Below, piece by piece: positions 23,706 through 36,199 of a stretch of DNA of 64,000 nt. A model generated the notes under the pieces. It worked only from the letters and a program-made list of their open reading frames with translations. It ran no database searches and was not told the DNA's origin. The translations under genes and the position numbers were made by a program. This DNA is from Squalus acanthias (lineage: Eukaryota), in assembly GCA_030390025.1 (NCBI GenBank), contig CM059432.1, positions 57,972,001-58,036,000 on the forward strand, read 5' to 3'. Every line of letters begins with the position of its first letter. Position 1 is the first letter of the stretch.

Positions 23706-24642
23706 CCATCCTGATCTGATATATGTCAGGTAAAGTGAAGATCAGAGGCACAATCCTCCAATGTAGTGAGAGTGACTTCCAATGTCGTGAGTGTGACTTA
23801 CCCGCAAACTCTCAGCAAAAATGGTACCAGCAAGAGCCTTTCCCTCAGGCAATGAAGCAGGTGTGAGGCGTGAGTATTTATGTGATTTTTTTTAACTGTC
23901 ATTTGTTCAACTCCCACAATTGCTGATGTGCTCTCGCCTTGCTTTCACTGGCGAGGTTCAGCAAGCCCGGGAATCCCGTGGACTGCCAGTAAAAGCTGCA
24001 ACATCAGGTAAAAAAAGGCTGTTAATAGCCTCTTAACGAGCCCTAGACTGCTTTAATTAGGTCACCCGCCTCTCCCGAGCGGGTCCCTGGCGCACTGACT
24101 AACGCGCCCGAATTAAAGGTAGAAGCTGGCGGGTTGAAGCCGGCTTCCCAATGCGGTCAATTTCAACGCTTTTAACTGCCCACCCGCTCGCAAACCCGCA
24201 CACTCTTCAAAGTAAAAATTCAGCCCCAAACCTCAAGAAAGATATATTAGCCTGGGAAGGAATACAGTGCAGATTCATCAGAATGATACAAGGGCTTAAC
24301 GGGTTAAATTATGAGTACAGGTTGCATAAACTTGGCTTGTATTCCCTTGAGTTTAGAAGATGGAAGGGTGATCTAATCGAGCTGTTTAAAATGATAAAGG
24401 GATTCGATAGGGTAGATACAGAGGAACTATTTCCTCTGGTGGGGGAATCCAAAACAAGGGGGGATAATCTTAAAATTAGAGCTAGGCCATTTAGGAGTGA
24501 AATCAGGAAACACATTTTCACACAAAGGGTAGTGGAAATCAGGAACACGCTTCCCCAAAAACTGTGGATGCTGGGTCAAGATTAGATTAGACTAGCTTTT
24601 TTTGGGGTGCGGTTATCAAGAGATATGAATCAAAGGTGGGTA

Positions 24643-25119
24643 ACATAGAAACATAGAAGATAGGAGCAGGAGTAGGCCATTTAGCCCCTCGAGCCTGTTC
24701 CGCCATTTAATAAGATCATGGCTGATCATCCAAATTCAGTACCCTGTCCCTGCTTTCTCCCCATATCCCTTGATCCCTTTAGCCTTAAGAAATATATCAA
24801 ACTCCTTCTTGAATATATTTAATGAATTGGCCTCAACTGCTTTCTGTGGTAGAGAATTCCACAGGTTCACCACTCTCTGGGTGAAGAAATTCCTCCTCAT
24901 CTCAGTCCTAAATGGCTTACCCCTTATCCTTAGACTGTGACCTCTGGTTCTGGACTCCCCCGCCATCGGGAACATCCTTCCTGCATCTAGTCTGTCTAGC
25001 CCTGTTAGAATTTTATAAGTTTCAATGAGATCCCCTCTCATTCTTCTAAACTCTAGCGAATATAAGCCTAATCGACCCAATCTCTCTTCATACGTCATTC
25101 CTGCCATCCCAGGTATCAG
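24643..25119 (-). mobile_element. Young 5'-truncated CR1 3' end
   Basis: Open 123-aa ORF2 C-terminus (YEERLGRLGLYSLEFRRMRGDLIETYK...FFTQRVVNLWNSLP); 3' UTR and (ACATAGAA)2 tail. Confidence 0.9.
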
Positions 25120-25334
25120 TAAATGGAGTTAAGGTACAGATCAGCCATGACCTAACTGAATGGCAGAACAAGCTCGAGGGGCTCAATTATACTACCTCCT
25201 GTTAGTATGTGCGTATGGATCAGGTAAACAACAGCTGTATAAAAGTTTGACAGTCAGCACTATGTAAATTTTGTCCACTGACACTCACTGCTGTTTAGAG
25301 AGGAATGACCTGCTCCCCTGGTGTCTCTGTGAGT

Positions 25335-25615
25335 TTATCTGATGACTCACTGAACTGTACAGACCAGGAAAGTTTCAGGTTTGATTAACTATCAACTAGC
25401 TGATCTCATTTAGAATGGCAGTAATGGCACCAATTGCCCTTGGTGTGCCAGAGGGAAATTAGCCACTTCTGACTGCCTGCCAGTAACTGCTGCTGAAAAG
25501 AGCTTTGGATGAAGAATGCAACAGATAGTCAAATAGCCTGCCTATGCCCACTGTTAAGGCGCACACATGAATAATACTACCTTGGGCGAAGTGCTGGAGG
25601 GCACCTCGCATATAT
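25335..25615 (+). mobile_element. Putative ancient tRNA-derived SINE
   Basis: Weak similarity to 57890-58260 and to the reverse complement of 63885-63968 (acagaccaggaaagtt.caggtttgat...gctgatctca...tgggcga..t.ctggaggg). Confidence 0.4.
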
Positions 25616-26909
25616 GAAACTACACTCCAGAAAGAATGATAGATAATTGGTGAGGGAAAAAATATAAAAAGATAGGAGTGAACCCAAGTGTCTTAAAAAC
25701 AGGAGTAGAATTAGAAACTCCCTTTTCTGGAATGTACAGTACAGGGTAATTTTAAATATTTGTGCTCTTAGTGCAAAACCTCCCCTGCAAAGAGGATTTT
25801 GTGAATTTGTGATCGAGCTATACTGGAACCAAATGGTTAAAATGTATAAATATCTCCCTGGCACTGGACATCCACTAGAAATGGATAGCTGATCCAACGA
25901 TTGTCCATCTATTAAAACTAATGAATGGGCGATCGTGGGGGTTGCGTATCCAAATTCCAGTATCGGCTATCCCACTTTGTGACTAGGGTGCAAATTTGTA
26001 AAATTATCCCTGAAATGTTTGCATACATACATACATATGATACAATCTTTCACAAGATGTTGTTACCAGTGAAAATAAAATACAAAATCATGCCCTCAAG
26101 ATGATAGAAGTGAAAAATTATAGCAGTTCTCTGCATAAATGGCAATTTTACAGAATAATACAGAGCAAGTATAAATAAATAGTGTTAAATGGCCTAGAGA
26201 GTACTATCTGAATTTTGATGATTTGACAGCAAAACATCTTCCTAATCCAAACAGGAAAATGTGCTTTATATATGAACATGAGAATACAGCATTTCTTTTC
26301 CTGTATTTTTCTATTTCTCTGCTTTTACATTTCTAGGTAGATATCAAGACTCTGTTTGACAGCTTGAGTGCTCTGGGATGTTGCTTTAACATAACCGTGT
26401 ACAAATTACTGTGCACTATACAAAATACAGGTTACTTTGCTTATAAATCTGAAAATAAACAAAGAATTATTTATGGCTGTAACATCAAAAAAAATGCATG
26501 TCATAGCAACATACCACTTAGGGCAGGGGGTAAAATATGCAGAATATTCCTACTTATGAACACATTGGAACTCATTTGTAATGGTGTCACATAAAGGCTG
26601 CCAGGTCGGTCCACTTATCAAAGTATTCTTCATATTACACCCCACGGTACCTTTATTTATCAGATACATGGATAGTATAACAGTTATGATGCAAGCAATT
26701 ATGGCATCATTAATCTATACCATGGCTTGATTAGTGGACCAACAAAAACTATCAATACTTCTTAAACATACAAAAACTAGTCATTATTGTATGATAAACA
26801 GAATATTGTATAGTGTGGAGTCAAATATGAAGAATAGGTGGTGCAACCATCACTTTTCAGTGCCTTCTGATCACAATATTTTTTAATAAAACCAAACAGG
26901 GTGTAATAG

Positions 26910-27365
26910 AAGAAGAACTTGCATTTAAATAGCACTTTTCACATCCTCAGAATGTTCTAAATTGCTTCACAACCAATTAAGTATTTTTGAAATGTAGTCA
27001 TTGTTTTTTTTGGCAAACATGGCAGCCAATTTGTGAACAGCAATATCCACAAAAAAGCAACAATATAAATGGCCAGTTAAGCTGTTTTTAATGCTGTTGG
27101 TTAAGTGATGAATGTTGGCCAGGACACTTGGAGCACTCCTCCGTCTTCAAAATTAGTGCCATGTAATCTTTTACGTCCACCTGAGCAGGAAGATGGGATT
27201 TCAATTTAACATCTCATCCAAAAGATGGCACTTCTGACATTGCAGCACTCCTTCAGTACTACAATGAATTATCAGCCTCAATTGCATGCTCAGGTCCTGG
27301 AGTGGGGCTCTGAACTCACAACTTTCTAACTTAAAGGCACAAGTGCTACCAATGGACCAAGCAAA
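26910..27365 (-). mobile_element. DeuSINE (SacSINE1-like), near full length
   Basis: Same head, Deu core and tail as the copies at 3470 and 17205. Confidence 0.72.
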
Positions 27366-27419
27366 CACTTAGTTCAGTTGAAGTTCTTTATCCTGGTGTC
27401 TCTTTTATTACAATATAAA

Positions 27420-27981
27420 GGCCTGCTTTTACCAGCGTAAGAGTTTAAATGAATATAAAAATTGTTTTCAATCATTTAAACACTGTAATATAAGGTACGG
27501 TTATTTTAGCCCCTTTACAACATTAACATTTATTTTTCAAATTAAATTTTTGTTTTAAATGTTTAATTATATTGTATTTTAATTAATTTTAAATATGTAA
27601 TTTAAAATTCTTTTAATGTTAATGTGTTTTTTATGTAATCCCCATTCATGCTTATGGGGATTCCACACGGAATCCCCATAAGCATGAATGGGGACCCCCC
27701 TTCTTTCATTGGTTGGGCCGGATACGTGATCCCAGGGGCGCTTGCAAACTGCCTTGCCTGCTTTTACGAGGTGTAAGAATTTCACGGGCATTCGCTGGGC
27801 AGACGTTGGGCAAATAGCGCAACTCTCCGCCCCCGGATGACCTTTTCCTGGGGATGCGGATGATCTGTCAAGAAGATTCTTGACAGATCGCCAGTTCCAG
27901 GTTTTCGCGCATGGAACTTGCGCAGCCCTTACGGGCGCGTACGCACCTCGTACGCATCCGTAGGGCCGCAAAATACAGGCC
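27420..27981. mobile_element. MITE-like DNA transposon fragment containing a perfect hairpin
   Basis: CpG-rich right end ending AAAATACAGGCC, AT-rich interior, 26-bp perfect stem at 27639-27694; left boundary uncertain. Confidence 0.5.
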
Positions 27982-30155
27982 AATGAGATTTAATTCAATC
28001 AATTCAATTTCAATAATTCTGATTTGACTATACAGTGGTTCCTGGGACAAGGCTATGCTTACAGACAATACCAGCAGTGTAAGGGTTTAACAGATTTCAA
28101 ATGTTTCTTCAGGTTGGCAGAATATTATCAGTGATCTTGATGGGACAGTGAATACCTGGGACAGGGTCACATATGGACAATAGCACCAGTTTAGGGTTTA
28201 AACAGTTTTTCAGGGTTTGTAAAATGTTGCCAGTGATCTACTATGCTTAGAATTTACAAAGCCTGCTCACTGGAACAGGAGGTGACATTTGATAAGAAGT
28301 TTAGCAATCTTATCTTCTGCCAGCGTTTAATTTTATTTTTAATGGGCTGGAGTGGTTACTTTTCTGATTGTTTCCCAATTATCTCCACCCACCCTCACGT
28401 CCCAAGAACAAATTAAAACAAAATATCGCATCGCTATTTGTAGAATGTTGCAAAATAGTTGCTGTCTTTGTCTATGAAGCACTTTAAAAAGTAATTATTT
28501 GTGTGAAGAGCTTTGAGATGTTTCAACATGATAAGATGCTATATAAATGCAAGTATCATGAGTATGACTTCCTGAGAACCCACAAGCCACAAATCCTTCA
28601 CTCTCAGTGGTAATATGCTTTCTGATTCTCCAGTTCTCCGATTGTTCTAGTTTGTGTAGAAAGTGAATAATTTTAGAATTTAAAATGCAGCTGATGGGCT
28701 GCAGGTGCCCAAAGATCGTGCGACGCTATTGGCATTGCTTCTGAGTTCTTAAATAAAAGAAAATGGACCATGCTTTATCAGAGTGCACAAAGGATAGAAG
28801 TTGCTACATATGGGACCTCCTCCAGAGACAACACTTTAAACCCACACTGGTAAACAGTTCTTGTCATTGAAAGTGTTTGGTAAATCACTCAACCAAGAAT
28901 ATTAATGAATTATTAAAAGAAGCACATTGAGCTGTCGCAAAGCATTCAAATTAGTTTGAGCTCAGGAGCAGAACACAGAAGAATGTTACAGAGATTATCA
29001 GCTAAAATAATCAAAGACCAATTTGCACTGGTGTCTTAAGGTTTAGTATCAGTGCAGCAAGATTCTCCCTGGTACACAGCACTGAAGATCCAGCAATAAA
29101 GAAAACTGAAAAGGGACCTTGAATAGAATTCAAAAACCATTCTGCCTCACATTTTTCCTTTCATATTTGACCCCCCTGAGTTACAATCATGTCATAGGGC
29201 AGATCTATTCACAAAATACTTGAAAGACTGCCCTTCCCAACCAAAAATCCACAGGAGAGTTGAAACACCTGCTCTTGCCCCATACACACACACAAATGTT
29301 TTGACAAATTTCTCCTCCCTCACCAGTTTTCATCTGTCCTCTTCTATTGATGAGATACAGGGATGGGAGAAAACTGGTCAGGAAAGAGACTTCTTAGTAT
29401 GGTATAGTTGTATGAGTTCTGGTTGCCCTCCAGTACCTTGACAAAGTGACCATTAATCAAATGTGGCAGTGAATGTTGGAAAACTATTCAATCATAGAGG
29501 GGGTGGGGGGGAGGGGCGGAGGTGAGGTTGCATAGGAGAGATAAACTAGGAAATGATAGGCCTATTAGTCAGTTGTGGGGAAGTTACTAGAATCTGTTAT
29601 TAGGGACAGAGTCACCGAGCATTTGGACAAATGTGAGCTGATCAGAGAGAGCCAGCATGGATTTGTAATGGGTAAGTCATGTCTAATGAACCTAGTTGAA
29701 TTTTTTGAGGAGGTAACAAACAAGGTAGATAAGGGAGTGTCTGTGGTTGTTATTTATATGGACTTCCAGAAGGCATTCGACAAGGTTCCACAGAAGAGAT
29801 TGTTAACAAAAATGAGAGCGCATGGAATTGGGGGCAACCTATTGGCTTGGGTAGGGAATTGGTTAGGAGGTAGGAGACAGAGAGTAGGGATAATGGATAT
29901 GTACTCAAATTGGCAGGTTGTGACAAGTGGTGTCCCTCAGGGATCTTGTAATGGGCCTCAGCTTTTCACTATATTTACAAATGATTTGGATGAAGGAATA
30001 GAGAATTGTATATCTAAGTTTGCAGATGACACTAATTTAGGTGGCACAGTAAATAGTGTAGCTGGGAGCAGAAAGTTGCAAAGAGACATTGATAGATTAA
30101 TTGAATGGGCAAAACTGTGGCAGATGGAGTTTAATGTGGACTTAAGAAAGATAGA

Positions 30156-30882
30156 GGGGGAGAAACTGGGTACCTTTGCGTCTCCCGTTATCACCTCCGG
30201 GGGGCGATAACGGGGCGGTAATCACTTACCGACCGGGCGCGGCGAGAAGATCAACTCCCTCGATATTCGGCGGGAGGTTTGGGTGGCGGTATGGCGACGC
30301 GCCCTGATCTCCTTCGCCCGGAGATCACGACGTCATCGCCGTGCGCATCGCCCCGGTAGTGCCCTGGACCCGAACTTCGGTTCCGCCCCCTGCAGCATTG
30401 CCAGGCGAAAACACCAGCAGCTGCAGGAGGCGTTCATTGGGAGGCCGGGCGCTTCGGGGCCGATACTTAAAGGTGAGGTGGCCGAGGTAATTAATAAAAA
30501 ATCTGAAATGATGTTTCTGTTTTTTTTTTCAGTTTTCTTCCCCAGCAATCGATCAGCCCGGCGCTCTGCTGCAGTGCATCGGGCTGATCGGGTCGGATCG
30601 GGCCTGCCGTCGGGGACCAGGTAAGTTTTTTCCTTGCAGAGCCTGCAGCGATGGCCCTTCCCTTTAAGGGAGGGAAGGAGCCTTCCAACGCAGCAGCATG
30701 TATGGTCCATTGTGCAGCCCTGCACAGCTACTGCCCCGCCTGCACGTGACTTAGCGCTCCACTTCCTTCCTGGAGTGCAAAACCGAATTTTTTTAAAGTT
30801 GAAAGACATTAACGCCTCTCACAAATTTTTTCAACTTATAAAAGTTAGCGCCCCAAACGGGGCTGTAATGAATTTCTCCCCC
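30156..30882. mobile_element. CpG-rich MITE (Harbinger-like TIRs)
   Basis: TIR GGGGGAGAAA(C/T)T at both ends; interrupts CR1; TSD not clean. Confidence 0.7.
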
Positions 30883-31094
30883 ACGGTATTTTCTAAATGG
30901 CGAGAAGCTCGGAACTGTGGAGGAGCAGAGAGACTTAGGGGTCCAAGTACAGAAATCACTGAAAGCTAGTGGACAGGTACAAAAAATAATTCAAAAGGCT
31001 AATGGAATGTTGGCCTTTATCTCAAGAGGGCTGGAATACAAAGGGTGGAAGTTATGTTACAGCCGTACAGAGCTCTGGCTAGACCCCATCTGGA

Positions 31095-33298
31095 ACATAA
31101 GAACATAAGAACAACATAAGAACATAAGAACATAAGAAATAGGAGCAGGAGTAGGCCAAACGGCCCCTCGAGCCTGCTCCGCCATTCAATAAGATCATGG
31201 CTGATCTGATCCTAACCGCCAATCTACTATCTATCACAGAACCATCTCCTGCATCTAACAGAATTGCACACACGAAATAGGAGCAGAATCAGGCTACACA
31301 GTCCCTGGGCCCGCTCCACTACCCACAGGGCCATGACCGATCCGAACCTAGACTCATGTCCAAATTCCTGCCCGCTCCCCGTAACCCTTAATGCCCTTTA
31401 CTTCTAGGAAACTGTCTATTTCTGTTTTAAATTTAATTAATGTTGTAGCTTCTACAGCTTTTTGTGGCAGCATATTCCATGGACCTACCACCCTCTGAGT
31501 GAAGTAGTTCCTCCTCATCTCAGTTTTGAAAGAGCAGCCCCTTATTCTAAGACTATGTCCCCTAGTTCTCGTCTCACCCGTCATCGGGAACATCCTCCCC
31601 GCATCCACCCGATCCAACCCCTTCACAATCTTATATGTTTCAATAAGATCGCCTCTCATTCTTCTGAACTCCAATGAGTAGAGTCCCAATCTACCCAACC
31701 TCTCCTCATATGACCACCCCCTCATCCCCGGGATTAACCGAGTGAACCTTTTTTGCACTGCCTCGAGAGCAAGGATGTCTTTCCTTAAGTAAGGACACCA
31801 AAACTGTATGCAGTATTCCAGGTGCGGTCTCACCAATACCTTGTACAACTGAAGCAATACCTCCCTATTTTTATATTCTATCCCCCTAGCAATGAAAGCC
31901 AACATTCCATTTGCCTTCTTAATCACTTGCTGCACCTGCATACTAACCTTTTGAGTTTCGTGCACCAGGACCCCCAGATCCCTTTGCACTTCAGTACTCT
32001 CCAGTTTCTTGCCATTAAGATAATAAATTGCTCTAGGATTTTTCCTGCCAAAGTGCATCACCTCACACTTTCCAGTGTTGTATTCCATCTGCCAAATCTC
32101 TGCCCACTTACTTAGCCTGTCTATGTCCCCTTGCAGGTTTTTTATGTCCTCCTCACTCACTACTTTCCCTCCCATCTTTGTATCATCTGCAAATTTTGAT
32201 ATGTTACACTTGGTCCCTTCCTCCAAATCGTTAATATAGATTGTGAAGAGTTGGGGACCCAGCACTGACCCCTGTGGAACACCACTAGTTACTGATTGCC
32301 AGTCTGAGAATGAACCATTTATCCCAACTCTTTGCTTTCTGTTAGATAGCCAATCCTCTATCCATGCCAGAATATTACCCCCAATCCCGTGATTTTTTAC
32401 CTTAAGCAATAATCTTTTGTGTGGCACCTTGTCAAATGCCTTTTGGAAGTCTAAATACACTACGTCCACTGGTTCCCCTTTATCCACTCTATATGTTACT
32501 TCCTCAAAGAACTCCAGCAAATTTGTCAAACATGACTTCCCCTTCGTAAAACCATGCTGACTTTGTCCTATTAAATTATGATTATCCAAATGTCCTGTTA
32601 CTGTTTCCTTAATAATGGACTCCAAAATTTTACCTACCACAGATGTTAGGCTAACCGGTCTATAGTTACCAGCCTTCTGTCTACTGCCCTTTTTAAATAA
32701 GGGTGTTACATTAGCAGTTTTCCAGTCTGCCGGGACCTTAGCGGAATCCAGGGAGTTTTGAAAAATTATTACCAATGCATCTACAATCCCTACCGCCACT
32801 TCCTTCAAGACTCTAGGATGTAAGCCATCAGGTCCAGGTGATTTATCCGCCTTGAGTCCCATTATTTTACCGAGTACCACTTCCTTAGTGATTTTGATCG
32901 TGTTTAGCTCCTCTCCCCCTATAGCCCCCTGTTTGTCCAGTGTTGGGATATTCTTAGTGTCCTCTACTGTAAAGACTGATACAAAATAATCATTCAGTGT
33001 TTTTGCCATCTCCATATTTCCCACCATTAATTTCCCGGTCTCATCCTCTAAGGGACCAACATTTACTTTAGCCACCCTTTTTCTTTTTATATAACTATAA
33101 AAACTCTTACTATCTGTTTTTATATTTTTTGCTAATTTACTTTCATAATCTATCTTCCCTTTCTTAATCAATCTTTTTGTTATTTTTTGCTGCCTTTTAA
33201 AGTTTTCCCAATCCTCTGTCCTCCCACTAGATTTCGCGACCTTATATGCCCTTGTTTTTAGTCGAATACTATCCTTAATTTCTTTACTTAGCCACGGA
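31095..33298 (-). mobile_element. Young 5'-truncated CR1 with an uninterrupted RT-containing ORF (about 650 codons, stop at 31354)
   Basis: Open frame PWLSKEIK...KSPGPDG...NYRPVSLTS...QHGF...GVPQGSVLGP...FADDTK...GIWT; (ACATAAGA)n tail; TGGA TSD. The first 27 or so residues of the listed 675-aa ORF come from the adjacent MITE. Confidence 0.95.
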
Positions 33299-33303
33299 TG
33301 GAG

Positions 33304-33457
33304 CAATGTTCCCTGTAATTTTTTATTGGCCCTGTGCGGCCCCTTTAAAGGGCTGCGCGGGCAATTCAAAATATCGCACATGCGGGGTTGTTACGTTGAA
33401 AAACCGGCAAGCCAGCTGCGCGGGTTCCCTGGAGCCCACAATTTACAGGGAACATTG
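33304..33457. mobile_element. hAT-type MITE (154 bp)
   Basis: TIR CAATGTTCCCTGTAA; 8-bp TSD ATCTGGAG (right copy 33458-65; left copy split by the young CR1). Confidence 0.85.
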
Positions 33458-34081
33458 ATCTGGAGCGACTGCATTCAGTTCTGGGCACCACACCTCAGGA
33501 AGGATATATTGGCCTTGGAGGGAGTGCAGCGCAGATTCACCAGAATGATACCAGGGCTAAAAGGGTTAAATTATGGTGACAGGTTGCATAGACTAAGCTT
33601 GTATTCTCTTGAGTATAGAAGATTAAGGGATGATCTAATTGAGGTGTTTAAGAAGATTAAAGGATTGATAGGGTAGAGAGAGAGAAACTATTTCCTCTTG
33701 TGGGAGAGTCCAGAACAAGGGGCAGAACCTTAAATTTAGAGCTAGGCCATTCAGAGGTGATGTCAGAAAGCACTTCTTCACTCAAAGGGTAGTGGAAATC
33801 TGGAACTCTCTCCTCCAAAAGGGTATCATGTGTACCAAAAAGTGTACCAATAATAAAAACAGAAAATGCTGGAAATACTCAGCAGGTCAGGCAGCATCTG
33901 TGGAGAGAGGAACAGCGTTAATGTTTCAGGTCGATGACCTTTTGTCAGAACTGGAAATGTTAGAGCCGCCGGGCCAAACTTCCTCTAAGGTTCCCTCCTG
34001 CCCTAGACTGAACTCAAATCTTTCTCCAGTTTCATCTCTGATTTCCCCTCATGATCTCTCTGTGATCATCTTGTTCATGAG

Positions 34082-36120
34082 CTAAACACTAATGAGACAC
34101 CATGGATAAATAAAGACATAAGGAAAAAATTGAAGGTAAGGAAAGAGGCATGCACTAAGTACATGGACAGCAGGGGAGTGCATGATAAGGGAGATTATGA
34201 ACAGATTAGGAGAGAAGTAAAAAAAAAATTAGGAAGGCAAAGAGGAACTATGAAATTAAATTATCAAGGAACGTGAAACAAAATAGTAAAATATTTTACA
34301 GGAACATGAATAAAAAAAGGAAGGTCGGGATGGGAATAGTCACTAAGGGATGGACATGATAATATCACAGGTAGTGATAGAGAGATGGCAGAAATATTAA
34401 ATAATTACTTTGCTTCAGTATTTACCAGGGAGATAGAACAGGTGGACATGACATCAGATGATCAGATTAGAAATGAGATAACTGCATTTAAAATAAAAAG
34501 AGGAGAAATATTAAATAAACTAATCAACCTCAAAGAGGATAAAACCCTTGGTCCAGACGGATTACATCTGTGCATTTTAAAAGAATCTAAGGAAGAGATA
34601 GCAGAGGCATTACTACACATATTTAATAATTTGTTAGAAAAAGGTGCAGTGCCATTGGACTGGTGGATAGCTAATGTAATACCTATATTTAAGAAGGGAG
34701 ATAGAACATGTCCAGTGAACTATAAACCAGTCAGCTTAACATCGGTAATAGGAAAAATAATGGAATCCCTACTGAAGGAGAAAATAGAAGATCATCTAGA
34801 AACTAAAAATATAATAATGAATAGTCAGCATGGATTTCAAAAGGGAAAGTCTTGCTTGACCAACCTCATTGAATTTTTTGAAGAGGTAAGAGAGAGAGTA
34901 GACAAGGGTAATGTAGTGGATGTAATTTATCTAGATTTTCAAAAGGTCTTTGATAAGGTACCACATAATAGACTAATGAATAAGGTCAGAGAATGCGGAG
35001 TCAGGGGACAAGTAGCAGAATATATAACTAGCTAGCTTCAAGACAGAAAGCAGAGAGTAGGGGTAAAGGGTAGCTATTCAGAGTGGCAGAAGGTGGGAAG
35101 TGGTGTTCCACAAGGATCAGTGCTGGGACCACTGTTGTTCACAATTTATATTAACGATTTAGACTTTGGAATCAAAAACACAATTTCTAAATTCACAAAT
35201 GACACCAAATTGGGGGGAATAGTCAACACTGAGGTGGACTGCAAATTACAAGAAAACATTAATAAACTTGCAGAATAGGCATATAATTGACAAATGAATT
35301 TCAACACAGCTAAATGTGAGGTATTACATTTTGGTAAGAAAAATAGGGAGGTCACATATTACTTGGAAAATACAAATCTACATGGGGTAGAAGAGCAGAG
35401 GGATCTCGGAGTACAAATACACAAATCAATAAAAGTAACGACATAGGTTAACAAGGCCATAAAAAAAGCAAACCCAGCACTAGGGTTTTTCTCTAGAGGG
35501 ATTGAATTGAAAAGTAGAGAAGTTATGCTAAACTTGTATCGAACCTTGGTTAGACCACACTTGGAGTACTGTGTACAATTCTGGTTGCCATATTATAAAA
35601 AGGATATAGAGGCACTGGAGAGGGTGTCGAAAAGATTTACAAAGATGATACCAGAAATGCGAGGGTATACCTATCAGGAAAGGATGAACAGGCTGGGCCT
35701 CTTTTCTCTTGAAAAGAGAAGGCTGAGGGGTGACCTAATAGAGGTCTTTAAAATTATGAAAGGTTTTGATAGAGTAGATACAGAGAGAGTATTTCCACTT
35801 ATGGGGAAGAGCAAAACTGGAGGCCATCAATATAAGATAGTCACCAAGAAATCAAATGGGGAATTCAGAAGAAACTTCTTTACCCAGAGAGTGGTGAGAA
35901 TGTGGAACTCGTTATCATAGGGAATGGTTGAAGCGAATAGTATAGATGCATTTAGGGGGAGGCTAGATAAGCATATGAGGGATAAAGGAATAGAGGGTTA
36001 TGCTGATAGAGTTAGTTGAGGAAAGATGGGAGGAGGCTCGAGTGGAACATAAACGCCGGCATGGACTGGTTGGGCCAAATGGACTATTTCTGTGCTGTAT
36101 ATCTTATGTGATCCTATCTA
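34082..36120 (+). mobile_element. CR1 LINE (5'-truncated, degraded) inserted in the L2
   Basis: RT ORF pieces at 34385-35035, 35093-35278 and 35507-35920; ATGAG TSD (34077-81 and 36121-25). Confidence 0.9.
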
Positions 36121-36199
36121 ATGAGACCCACTTCCTGCTCCCTCAACCCTATTCCCACCAAACTGCTGACCACCAACTTCCTTTTCTGGCTCCCATGTT

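Larger units (their letters stand above)
20077..24226. mobile_element. Full-length, decayed autonomous-type Harbinger/PIF transposon (4150 bp)
   Basis: TIRs GGGCTGAAT..TTAC.TTTG; TSD CAA (20074-76 and 24227-29); convergent Myb-like and transposase genes; interrupts a CR1 cleanly. Confidence 0.9.
18441..25210 (+). mobile_element. Old CR1 LINE split into four pieces (about 18441-19033, 20007-20076, 24227-24642, 25118-25210) by three later insertions
   Basis: RT motifs continue across the inserts: ISKFADDTKLGG / [13 protein letters not shown] / KKDILAWEGIQCRFIRMI...FTQRVVEI / 3' UTR. Confidence 0.85.
29540..33820 (+). mobile_element. CR1 LINE split (about 29540-30155, 30883-31094, 33458-33820) by a MITE, a hAT MITE and a younger CR1
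   Basis: 211-aa RT ORF (SQHGFVMGKSCLMNL, DFQKAFDKVP, SGVPQGS, KFADDT), continuing as EQRDLGVQV and CIQFWAPHLRKDILALE. Confidence 0.88.
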
